Under the pieces are notes generated by a model. That model had not been told where the DNA came from. It made no database searches and worked only from the letters and a program-made list of their open reading frames with translations. A stretch of 64,000 nt of DNA. Source: a virus. The stretch covers positions 1 through 64,000 of IMG/VR virus record IMGVR_UViG_3300017992_000019; one strand, written 5' to 3'. Positions 9,138 through 17,708 of this stretch are shown piece by piece. The translations under genes were made by a program, and so were the position numbers. Position 1 is the stretch's first letter; every line of letters starts with the position of its first letter.

Positions 9138-9243
9138 CGTCAACCCCCCTCATGCCGTTGTCGCAACACCGATCGCGGAAACAAGATCAGTCGAACGCAC
9201 CGTGCAGACTTTCAAGGTGCAACCTCACTTGCGGGAGGTGTGA
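9025..9243 (+). CDS. Small Cys-rich hypothetical protein
   Basis: GAGGAG RBS; CxxxC...C...C. Confidence 0.5.
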   Translation: MIRMGDKLICDRECPFVNECPYYGFSVSGHASHCEVVDVNPPHAVVATPIAETRSVERTVQTFKVQPHLREV

Positions 9244-9245
9244 CA

Positions 9246-9974
9246 ATGGCGAAAGCAAATCTTTTCGACGCCGGGGTGCAGTTGGTCAAACAGACGATCC
9301 CGGATTTCGAGATCAGGTACAAAAACGAGTCGTGGTCGAGCAAGGTGCTCGCGGTGCTTGTCTGGATCTTCAATCGCGACTATCTCAAAAAGTACACAAC
9401 AACGCGATACCCGAGAGTCTATTTTCCCTCGAGGGAATTCGTCTCGGGAAATACGACGCGCGCTTTCAAGATCCTAATGCACGAATTTGTGCACCTATGG
9501 GATCGAAAATCAAAAGGTTGGTTTCGATTCACGCTCGGATATCTTTTCCCTCAGATCCTCGCGCTTGTTTTTCTCGTGCTCCTTGTCGTTGCACTCGTTG
9601 CGCCGACGCCGGGCCCGGTCGCGTGGATCAAGTGGGTCGTGGTTGCCGTGCTCGGGATCGGAACGCTCGTCTCGGTCGCGCCGCTCCCGGCGCCGCTCCG
9701 CACAAAGCTCGAGCTCCGCGGGTATGCAATGAATCTCGCGGTCAACTTTTGGAGGCATGGATCGATCCGCGAGTCGTCGTTCGATTGGATCATTCCGAAG
9801 TTTACCGGGTGGGATTATTACCGGATGTGGCCGTATGAAAACGACGTTCGGCGCCGGCTGGTAAACCTCAAGCTCGCGATCGAGGACGGCCGGATCCGGC
9901 ACGAGGATCAGGAGGGGGGCACGGCGATCCCGTATGCTCTCGTCGAGGACTTGATCAAGGATCTGGACAAGTAG
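9246..9974 (+). CDS. Membrane-associated zincin-like metallopeptidase
   Basis: ILMHEFVH, two hydrophobic helices, downstream ELRGY. Confidence 0.7.
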   Translation: MAKANLFDAGVQLVKQTIPDFEIRYKNESWSSKVLAVLVWIFNRDYLKKYTTTRYPRVYFPSREFVSGNTTRAFKILMHEFVHLWDRKSKGWFRFTLGYLFPQILALVFLVLLVVALVAPTPGPVAWIKWVVVAVLGIGTLVSVAPLPAPLRTKLELRGYAMNLAVNFWRHGSIRESSFDWIIPKFTGWDYYRMWPYENDVRRRLVNLKLAIEDGRIRHEDQEGGTAIPYALVEDLIKDLDK

Positions 9975-10020
9975 GTTTTTCATGTGGTAACAGGGATCAT
10001 TCGGCGCCGGAGGATCGTGC

Positions 10021-10308
10021 ATGACCGAGGAGGGCAAACCGGAAGTTCATTTTGCAACGTGGACGATCTGGAAACTCCCGCCCGAGGAGGAGGGCAAGCG
10101 TTGGCGAATGCAATGCAGTACATGCGGCGACGATCTCGAGCTCGCCGTTGTGTTCCCCTTGCAAGCTCTCCGACTCTGTCCTCGTTGTGTCAAAAAGATC
10201 CACGGTCAACTAATCAACCAAGCCCCCAGTTCCGAAACCGGGACAGGCCCGGCATGTGGCCTAGTGTCGACGCCGTCAAGGGGCGATACACCGAAAAAGG
10301 AGGTGTAG
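10021..10308 (+). CDS. Hypothetical Zn-finger protein
   Basis: GGAGG RBS; CSTC...CPRC. Confidence 0.55.
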   Translation: MTEEGKPEVHFATWTIWKLPPEEEGKRWRMQCSTCGDDLELAVVFPLQALRLCPRCVKKIHGQLINQAPSSETGTGPACGLVSTPSRGDTPKKEV

Positions 10309-10309
10309 G

Positions 10310-10621
10310 ATGGGCTCAGGAGTTTCTCGCAAAGTGACAGGTTCCTTTTACGGGACAGGATCGGATCTCAACGTGCGGACCGTTGGGTTCCGGCCGTCGT
10401 ATGTCCGAATCCTCAACGTCGACGGTGACGCCGACGCCGAATGGATCGAAGGCATGGCCGACGATTCCATGCGGAAGGTTGTCACGTCCGGCGCGGGCAC
10501 GACCGACATTTCGCTCGTGACCTCCGACGGGATCACCCCGTTGTCCGACGGATTCACGCTCGGGTCGGATTCCGACCTCAACGTGAGCGGTGAGCTCGTG
10601 CGGTACGTCGCGATCGACTAG
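10310..10621 (+). CDS. Small beta-rich putative virion protein
   Basis: GSFYGTG...VGFRPSYV...GFTLG...LNVSG pattern common in phage structural proteins. Confidence 0.65.
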   Translation: MGSGVSRKVTGSFYGTGSDLNVRTVGFRPSYVRILNVDGDADAEWIEGMADDSMRKVVTSGAGTTDISLVTSDGITPLSDGFTLGSDSDLNVSGELVRYVAID

Positions 10622-10640
10622 ATCGTCGGCCCGCAAGGTT

Positions 10641-10730
10641 GAGGAGACCGACCGAAGGTTCCGATCGATTGACCTCCCTTTCCCCCCCGGGGAGAATTTC
10701 GCGACGGCCGGAGGTCGGTCTCCTCTTTTC
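10641..10730 (+). other. Intergenic multi-stem RNA structure
   Basis: 13-bp perfect inverted repeat GAGGAGACCGACC (10641-10653 / 10713-10725) enclosing smaller hairpins and followed by TTTT. Confidence 0.55.
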
Positions 10731-10747
10731 CCACAAAGGAGAACGCA

Positions 10748-11140
10748 ATGCCCGCAGAAGAAATCCAAAGCGCGCCAAAACGGGCACCCGAATTCGTGAC
10801 GCACAGATTCCTCGACAATGCAAACGATCCTCTCAACGTGACCGACAAGGCAACCGGGATCAACATGGCCGGGAAACGGTACGCCGCGATCCAGGTGCAC
10901 CCGGACGGCGGATCAAATCCGGCCGTGAGCGTGCACTTTTGGTCGGAGGCATTCGGGAAATTTGTTCAGGAGCACACCGCGCTCGACTTCGCAGCAAAGG
11001 GCGTCGACGTGCCGTGGGCAACGACTGTCGAGTGTCTCGGCCGGATCATGTTGGTCAAGATCACGGGCGGCAACTACGATGCGATTCCGGCCGGCAAGAA
11101 ATGCCGGATCTTAGTTGCCGGTTTCGACGGTCACGACTGA
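10748..11140 (+). CDS. Hypothetical protein, paralog A
   Basis: AAGGAG RBS; collinear similarity to 11151-11534. Confidence 0.85.
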   Translation: MPAEEIQSAPKRAPEFVTHRFLDNANDPLNVTDKATGINMAGKRYAAIQVHPDGGSNPAVSVHFWSEAFGKFVQEHTALDFAAKGVDVPWATTVECLGRIMLVKITGGNYDAIPAGKKCRILVAGFDGHD

Positions 11141-11150
11141 GGAGAGGATC

Positions 11151-11534
11151 ATGAGTTTAGTCAATCAGAGCTCGCCGAAACAGGCGCCGGAATTTGTGCA
11201 CCATAGGTTTCTCGAGGAGGCCAACGACCCGGCCGACGTGACGACAAGGGGATCCGGGATCAACATGCAAGGCAATCGTTTTGCATTGATCGACGTGAAA
11301 CCCGAGGGCGGTGCGACGCCGGCCGTGAGCGTTCATTTTTGGTCGGCATCGGTCGGAAAGTTTCTCGCGGAACACACCTCGATCGACTTTGCCGCGAAAG
11401 CGGCAAATGTTGGCTGGCAAGCGGTGGTCGAGTGTCTCGGTCGGATCATGTTGGTCAAGGTCACGAGCGGCAACGGCGGTGCCGGAGAGAAAACGACGAT
11501 CTCGGTCGCAGGTTTCGACGAGCACGTGCGATAA
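11151..11534 (+). CDS. Hypothetical protein, paralog B
   Basis: Shares APEFV.HRFL..ANDP, PAVSVHFWS and VECLGRIMLVK with paralog A. Confidence 0.85.
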   Translation: MSLVNQSSPKQAPEFVHHRFLEEANDPADVTTRGSGINMQGNRFALIDVKPEGGATPAVSVHFWSASVGKFLAEHTSIDFAAKAANVGWQAVVECLGRIMLVKVTSGNGGAGEKTTISVAGFDEHVR

Positions 11535-11546
11535 AAGGCGGCGTGT

Positions 11547-13025
11547 ATGGGTGGATCGGTTGTACCGTTGCTCGAGGGCAACCCTCGAGCTCTAGCAGAC
11601 GCGACACGCGCGCAACTCGAGGATCTCTATTCTCATTATAGAGGCATGAGCAACGAGTTGATCCGGCGTGCGGTGATCGAACGCAACCGGATCGATATCC
11701 TTGCGGTCATGATCCTCGGGTATGAAGTGCAACCGTTTCACCTTGCAATGTTGATCTATCAATTCGCACACCCCGACAATCTGCAACTTGTCTACCGCGG
11801 CGCCGGCAAGTCGACGATCTGTACCGTGGTCAAAGCGATTCACCTCCTCCTCAAGAATCCCGACTTGCGGATCCTCCTCGCGAGCAAGACAACGAGCAAC
11901 GCGAAATCGTTTCTCAAGGAGATCAAGAATCACTTTGAGGGCAACCAACGACTCGCGGATATTTTCGGCGAGTATTACGATCCGCGGCGCGTCTCGAAGT
12001 GGGACGAATTCGAGATCGAGGTGCTCCCGCGGACCAAGCCATACAAGGAGCCGTCGATCGCGTGTTGTGGTTGTGACGCGACGATCGTCTCGCGACACGT
12101 CGACGTGATCATTGCAGACGACTTGATCGACGAGGAGAACAGCCGGACGCGCTACATGCGCGAGAAAGTGCGGACGTGGTACTACCAAACCCTCGAGCCG
12201 TGTCTCGAGCCTCCCGACTCGGAGGTCGAGCACCGCGGAGAATACCACCGACTCGGAACGCGGTATCACTACGACGACCTATACGGTCACTTGATCCTCA
12301 ACGAGCTCAAGGAGCATCACCAGATCATTCCGGCGCTCGACGAGGAGGGGCGATCCCCTTGGCCGGAGAAACACACGCCGGCATGGTTTGAGAGCAAGAA
12401 AGAAAAGTCGGGCACGATCATTTTCAACGCGCAATATCAATGCGACACCGAGGCAATGAAAGGCGCGGTGTTCCAATACGACGATTGCCAGATCATTGAC
12501 GACGCCGACATACCGCGATCGCTTCGCATTTATCAGGGCACCGACCTCGCCGTGAGTGAAAAGGAGACCCGGGACAACGCGCAATTCGCGACGGTCATGA
12601 TCGGGTTGGATATCTCCGACAACATTTACGTGCTCGATTATTTCCTCGGTTACCTTTCGTTTCCAAAGCAGACGAAAAAGGCGCTTGAGTTGTATGATAC
12701 GCACGACCCGATCCGATCGGGTGTCGAGTCGAATGCGTACCAAAAAGCGTTCTACCAGCAAGTCAAGCACGAGGATCGCAACCTTCGATTTATCCCGATC
12801 TATACCGACAAGGACAAAATGACCCGCGCGCTCAAGTTGCAACCTCTATTCGAGGGCAAGCGGGTTTTTTTCCGGCGCAACATGGCGCCGTTGATCGATC
12901 AGTTCGTGCTTTTCCCGGGGTACAAACTCCGCGACGGGCTCGACGCATTCGATCTCGCATATCGCACGAGTCGCAAGAGAAAAAAAAGGAGAGCCGGCCG
13001 GTCGGAGGAGCCCGGTCTCCTTTAG
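11547..13025 (+). CDS. terL: Terminase large subunit
   Basis: YRGAGKST Walker A, IIADD Walker B, GTRYH, GTDLA nuclease Asp, VESNAYQ. Confidence 0.93.
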   Translation: MGGSVVPLLEGNPRALADATRAQLEDLYSHYRGMSNELIRRAVIERNRIDILAVMILGYEVQPFHLAMLIYQFAHPDNLQLVYRGAGKSTICTVVKAIHLLLKNPDLRILLASKTTSNAKSFLKEIKNHFEGNQRLADIFGEYYDPRRVSKWDEFEIEVLPRTKPYKEPSIACCGCDATIVSRHVDVIIADDLIDEENSRTRYMREKVRTWYYQTLEPCLEPPDSEVEHRGEYHRLGTRYHYDDLYGHLILNELKEHHQIIPALDEEGRSPWPEKHTPAWFESKKEKSGTIIFNAQYQCDTEAMKGAVFQYDDCQIIDDADIPRSLRIYQGTDLAVSEKETRDNAQFATVMIGLDISDNIYVLDYFLGYLSFPKQTKKALELYDTHDPIRSGVESNAYQKAFYQQVKHEDRNLRFIPIYTDKDKMTRALKLQPLFEGKRVFFRRNMAPLIDQFVLFPGYKLRDGLDAFDLAYRTSRKRKKRRAGRSEEPGLL

Positions 13026-13034
13026 GAGGAAACA

Positions 13035-14798
13035 ATGACCGACGCCGCGAAAAAAACACAAAAGGAATTCTCCGGCCGGAGCGCAAGGCGCAACGTCCGA
13101 GCTCTCGTCTTTCCGATTCGCAAGCAAGAGTCGATCACCGAGACCGCGAAAGGAAAGTCGAAACAACTGCCCGAGGATCCTCTCGAGAATCTGATCGAGA
13201 CGGGCGAAGTGATCGAGCCTCCTTTCGAGATGCTCACCCTTGCCATGTTATCGGAACACTCAACCGAGCTCGGGCAATGTATCGCGGCAATGGAAACCAA
13301 CATTGAAGCATTCGGGCATCGGTTGATCCCGCGGGTCAATATCGAAAAGCCCGACCTCACCGACGACGAGAAAAAGATCGTCGGGCAAGTCAAGGCCGAG
13401 AGGATCCAGCTCGACAACTTTTTTGCGTATGCCGCGTTCCCTGATTCCTTTACCAAGTTTCGACGCAAGCTCCGCGTCGATCTCGAGCACACGGGGAACG
13501 CTTATTTTGAGGTGATCCGAAACGTCGCCGGCAAGATCCAAGCATTCTCGCACGTGCCGTCGTATCAAATGCGACTCGCGAAGCTCGAGCCCGATTTCGA
13601 TCTGTACGACGTGCCAATGTTGCAGATCCAAAAAGACGGTTCGATCGCAATTGAGACGATCAAGGCGAGTCGTCGCTTTCGCCGTTTCGTACAAGGCCGG
13701 ATATTGCACCGGCGCGATCTTTCTTTTGCCGGTGGTCTTGCAGTCCGTTGGTTCAAGGAATTCGGAGACCCGAGGCACTATGATTGCGACACCGGCGAAA
13801 TGGAATCCGAAAAGAAAAAGATTCCGGTCGAGAAACGCGCAAACGAGATCGTGCACCTCAAGCTCTACTCGTCGCGTTCGCCGTATGGGATCCCCCGGTA
13901 CGTCGGCAACCTGCTTTCGATCTTCGGCGATCGTGCGTCCGAGGAGATCAACTATATTACGTTTTCAAACAACAACATCCCGTCAATGTTTCTCCTTGTG
14001 AGCAACGGACAACTCACTCAAGGGTCGATCGACAGGATCAAGGATTTCACCGAGGCGCAGATCCAGGGGCAAGACAATTTTTCAAAGTTCATTATCGTCG
14101 AGGCCGAGTCGCCGGAGGTCGAGGGAGAGGATTCCGGGCAAGTCAAGATCGACGTCAAGCCTCTCACCTCGGAACAGCACAAGGATGCTCTATTTCAAAA
14201 CTACTCGAAAAACAACCAAGACAAGATCCGGCGCGCGTTCCGGTTGCCTCCTCTCCTCGTCGGCCGGACCGACGAATACACGAGAGCAACGGTCGAGGCG
14301 TCGCGGCGCATGGCCGACGAGCAAGTGTTCGCGCCGGAGCGCGACGACTTTGACGACTTCATAAATTTGAGGATCTTTCCTGCAATGGGTTACCCGTTGC
14401 ATCGGTACAAAACCAACTCACCCAACACGACCGACAACACCGAGCTTGTCAAGATCCTCGCCGGCGCCGAGAAAACGGGCGGCATGACTCCGAGGATCGC
14501 GCGGATCATGCTCGAGGATATCCTCGGGTTTGAGCTCCCTCCTTTCCCGGAAGGTTTCCCGGTCGACCGGCCTTTCTCCGAGACAATGGCGCAGGCCGTG
14601 AAAAACAAGGCCGACCCTGCCGAGGTTGGTCAACAGGTGACCGCGCTCAAGGCGATCGAAATGCTCACCGGATCAGACCTCCCCGATCTTTTCGAGGAGG
14701 CGGCAACGGTCGATCGTCTCGAGCGTATGCGCGAGCGTCTTGAAAAGCGTTGGCGCGAGGAGGTCGAGGCGATTCCTCACGAGCACGGGGAGGAGTAG
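13035..14798 (+). CDS. Portal protein (PBSX-like)
   Basis: DLEHTGNAYFEV, NEIVHLK...YGIP, IRRAFRLPP; follows terL. Confidence 0.92.
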   Translation: MTDAAKKTQKEFSGRSARRNVRALVFPIRKQESITETAKGKSKQLPEDPLENLIETGEVIEPPFEMLTLAMLSEHSTELGQCIAAMETNIEAFGHRLIPRVNIEKPDLTDDEKKIVGQVKAERIQLDNFFAYAAFPDSFTKFRRKLRVDLEHTGNAYFEVIRNVAGKIQAFSHVPSYQMRLAKLEPDFDLYDVPMLQIQKDGSIAIETIKASRRFRRFVQGRILHRRDLSFAGGLAVRWFKEFGDPRHYDCDTGEMESEKKKIPVEKRANEIVHLKLYSSRSPYGIPRYVGNLLSIFGDRASEEINYITFSNNNIPSMFLLVSNGQLTQGSIDRIKDFTEAQIQGQDNFSKFIIVEAESPEVEGEDSGQVKIDVKPLTSEQHKDALFQNYSKNNQDKIRRAFRLPPLLVGRTDEYTRATVEASRRMADEQVFAPERDDFDDFINLRIFPAMGYPLHRYKTNSPNTTDNTELVKILAGAEKTGGMTPRIARIMLEDILGFELPPFPEGFPVDRPFSETMAQAVKNKADPAEVGQQVTALKAIEMLTGSDLPDLFEEAATVDRLERMRERLEKRWREEVEAIPHEHGEE

Positions 14799-17489
14799 TT
14801 GACAGCAGAGCTCGACAGATTGCACGACGGGCTCGCGGCCGTCGACGCGATAATCGCGAAAGCGATCGGGATCTCCGAGGTTGCACGGATCGCGCGGATC
14901 GAAACCCGACTCCGCGAGTATCTCAACGCGAAATGGAACGCTCGCAAGCGACGCGCGGTTGAGCGCGCGGGTAGCATGGCACGCGCCGGCAAGAGTGCGG
15001 CCGAGATTTCGCGAGCGGTCAAGGGGATCATGTCCGGGTGGGCCCGGGAGATCGCGCCGAGGTACAAGCGAGACTTTCGAGAAATATATAGACTCGCGCG
15101 GATCGCCGGCTGGAAAAAAGGCGGGCGCCTCACTCGTGGAACACTTGCGTACAAGGGACCGTCGCCTTTCACGGCCGAAGTCAAAAAAGGTGATCTATGG
15201 TCGATCCCGATCCAAGAGGTCACGAGCGAGGACACCTCGGTCAACACGATCCCGAGCGTGTTTCGTCGGGCGAAGTTTCGCCGAGGCCGGGTCAATGCCG
15301 ATATAGGCGGCGGCAAGTATGAGACCGCGACCCGATATCTCTCCGGCCGGGGCGTGACAAACGTCGTTTGGGATCCTTTTGCGCGCACGCCGGAGCATAA
15401 CAAGAAAGCGGCCGCGCGGATCCGCAACGGAGGGGCGGCGACTGCGACGGTCGCGAATGTGCTCAACGTGATCAAGGATCCGAAAGCACGCGACCGGGTG
15501 ATCCGACAGGCTGCAAACGCCGTCGGGAAAAACGGGGTCGCGTATTTCCAGGTATACGAGGGCGACGGATCCGGCAAGGGGGGCAAGACCGATCGCGGTT
15601 GGCAGGCAAACAAGTCTCTCTCGGCATACGTCGAATCGATCGCTCGGGTGTTCCGGTACGTGATCCCGCGCAACGGATATCTCGAGGCCCGGCAACGCAA
15701 CCCGGAGGAGATCAAGGAGCTCGAGAAAGCAACGGTGCCTCGTGCGGCCGTCGCGCTCCCGACTTTCGACGTTGTCGACACGGCCGCGGCCGGAGCTCTC
15801 GTCGATCGTCAAGTGTTCTGGATCGGTCGACATTACGACGACAACATTTCACAGTCGATCCGAGACACCGCTCGCGGATCTCTCATTGAAGCGGGCACGA
15901 ATCGGCAACGCGCCGGCGAGCTCATGCAACAACGGGTCGCGGAAAACCTCTCGCACGTCCGCACTCCGCGAGGTTGGCACGGGACGCAAGCACAGTATTT
16001 CGAGGGACTCGCGGCCAACGCCGCAACCGTCGGCCGGGTGCATGGTCAAATGCGTTCCTTTATCGATCTCGGGATCACGAAATACGAGATCCGAAATCCG
16101 AGCGACTCTCGCACGTGCCGAGTGTGCGCGCACATGGACGGAAAGGTTTTCACCGTCGCGCAAGGCGCGCAGCAAATGCAACAGGAGCTCGCGATCGCGG
16201 AGATCCCCGGACAGTCGCCGGAGGAGTATCGCGACGCGGTCAAGGCCGTGCACCCGTGGATCCAAGATTCAAACCGCGGCATGGAAAAGCTCAACAACAT
16301 CGGATCGGGGTTGCCAGGTAAGCAGGGCCCGGCCGACGCGCAGGCATACGCCGAGGCCGGTCTCTCGCTCCCTCCGTATCATTACCGGTGCCGGTGCACG
16401 GTCGACGTCTCGACCGAGGCCGGATCGTGGGAGGCGTTCGGCGCCGAGTCGGTGCCGATTCCGACACCTCCCGGGGTCAAGCCTCCGACGAAACCGTTTC
16501 CTCCTTTCAAGACGCACCCGACGAAACCGATCAACACTTTTTCGACGCAACGGTTGTCGGCCGCGCTCGGTCGCAAGATCAGGACGACAGCCGGCAACGC
16601 GAAAGCCGGGGTTGCGATCACACCGCAGGCACAGATCGCGGCACGACAGGAGCTCAACGGGTTGCTTGCCGAGTATGGTCTTGTTTCCAAAGACGCGATC
16701 CGCGGTCTCGACGACGCGATCGCAATGCTCGAAGTGCTCGAGACCGAGCACATGGTCGGCGTTTTGGGAACGCATAGCTGGCAAGGAGCGATCAGAATGC
16801 GCTCGTCGTCGATCGACGACGCGATTGATCTACTCGACGGCAAGATCAAGCCGGCGAAAGCCGGGACGATGCAAGCGATCAAGAATCAAGATCGTGTGCA
16901 TGGTATGAAAACTCTCGTGCACGAGGGAGTGCATGGTCACAGTCCGTTATTGTCCGAGGCTTATTACGGCATGGGAGTTCCGCTCGAGGAGGGTGCAGTC
17001 GAGTTGACCGCTCAACGGATCATGAAAGACAAGTTCGGGTTGCTATGGCAAGAGGTGCGAGCATCCGACTACAAGGAGTATGTCGAGGCACTTGCGGACA
17101 CGGTCGAGGGAGCGTTCAAAAAAGTGGTCGGCCGGCGCAAGGCATGGCAAGCCTACTCCGACAAGTTCGTCGAGGAGTCGAAAGTCATTCCATACAGGAA
17201 AAGCAACGTCGGCCGGCACCTCGCGTCGGATGCAACGATCAGAATGCAAAGCACGTCTCATTTCATATCAACGCATAAACAGTTTCTCGACGACTTCGCG
17301 GCCGCGGTTGAGGTGCCGTCGGAGCTCACGGCCGGGTTGAGCAAGCAACAGATCAAGGAGCTCACCGAAAAGATCCGCAAGGAGGTTCGGGAGAGGTCGG
17401 AGAAAAAATTAGTCACCGCGGTACGCAAGCGCGCGAAGCGGCGAGGCGACCCGGTGCCGAAAGCAAGATACATGCGATTTTCGGGGTGA
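14799..17489 (+). CDS. MuF/SPP1 gp7-like head morphogenesis protein with an inserted SAM-methyltransferase-like domain and a C-terminal zincin domain
   Basis: TCRVC...PPYHYRCRC MuF motifs; DIGGGKY/WDPF/NVLNVI insert; HEGVH...EEGAVE. Confidence 0.85.
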   Translation: MTAELDRLHDGLAAVDAIIAKAIGISEVARIARIETRLREYLNAKWNARKRRAVERAGSMARAGKSAAEISRAVKGIMSGWAREIAPRYKRDFREIYRLARIAGWKKGGRLTRGTLAYKGPSPFTAEVKKGDLWSIPIQEVTSEDTSVNTIPSVFRRAKFRRGRVNADIGGGKYETATRYLSGRGVTNVVWDPFARTPEHNKKAAARIRNGGAATATVANVLNVIKDPKARDRVIRQAANAVGKNGVAYFQVYEGDGSGKGGKTDRGWQANKSLSAYVESIARVFRYVIPRNGYLEARQRNPEEIKELEKATVPRAAVALPTFDVVDTAAAGALVDRQVFWIGRHYDDNISQSIRDTARGSLIEAGTNRQRAGELMQQRVAENLSHVRTPRGWHGTQAQYFEGLAANAATVGRVHGQMRSFIDLGITKYEIRNPSDSRTCRVCAHMDGKVFTVAQGAQQMQQELAIAEIPGQSPEEYRDAVKAVHPWIQDSNRGMEKLNNIGSGLPGKQGPADAQAYAEAGLSLPPYHYRCRCTVDVSTEAGSWEAFGAESVPIPTPPGVKPPTKPFPPFKTHPTKPINTFSTQRLSAALGRKIRTTAGNAKAGVAITPQAQIAARQELNGLLAEYGLVSKDAIRGLDDAIAMLEVLETEHMVGVLGTHSWQGAIRMRSSSIDDAIDLLDGKIKPAKAGTMQAIKNQDRVHGMKTLVHEGVHGHSPLLSEAYYGMGVPLEEGAVELTAQRIMKDKFGLLWQEVRASDYKEYVEALADTVEGAFKKVVGRRKAWQAYSDKFVEESKVIPYRKSNVGRHLASDATIRMQSTSHFISTHKQFLDDFAAAVEVPSELTAGLSKQQIKELTEKIRKEVRERSEKKLVTAVRKRAKRRGDPVPKARYMRFSG

Positions 17490-17492
17490 GAA

Positions 17493-17705
17493 ATGCCAGA
17501 GTCGATCTATGAATTGGAACGCAACGACGTCGAGGGATCACTTGAGGTCGCGGAGCTTGCGATCAAAAACAAAACTTACGACGAGGCACTCGCGCACGAG
17601 CTCCTCATGTTACACGACGGCGACTCGAGGATCCTCATTATCGAAAAACTCAAGGAGTTGTTGACTCGGCATCGGTACGTGCCGAAAGATAAGATCACGA
17701 GGTGA
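17493..17705 (+). CDS. Small acidic protein, candidate immunity or partner of the MuF C-terminal domain
   Basis: 70 aa, 3 nt after the MuF stop. Confidence 0.6.
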   Translation: MPESIYELERNDVEGSLEVAELAIKNKTYDEALAHELLMLHDGDSRILIIEKLKELLTRHRYVPKDKITR

Positions 17706-17708
17706 GAC

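Noticed and set aside
14796-14801. Portal TAG immediately followed in frame by the MuF TTG (read-through fusion or recoded stop)
   Set aside because: A GGAGG RBS lies 5 nt before the TTG, and TAG terminates many other genes normally; no support for recoding, although low-level read-through cannot be excluded.
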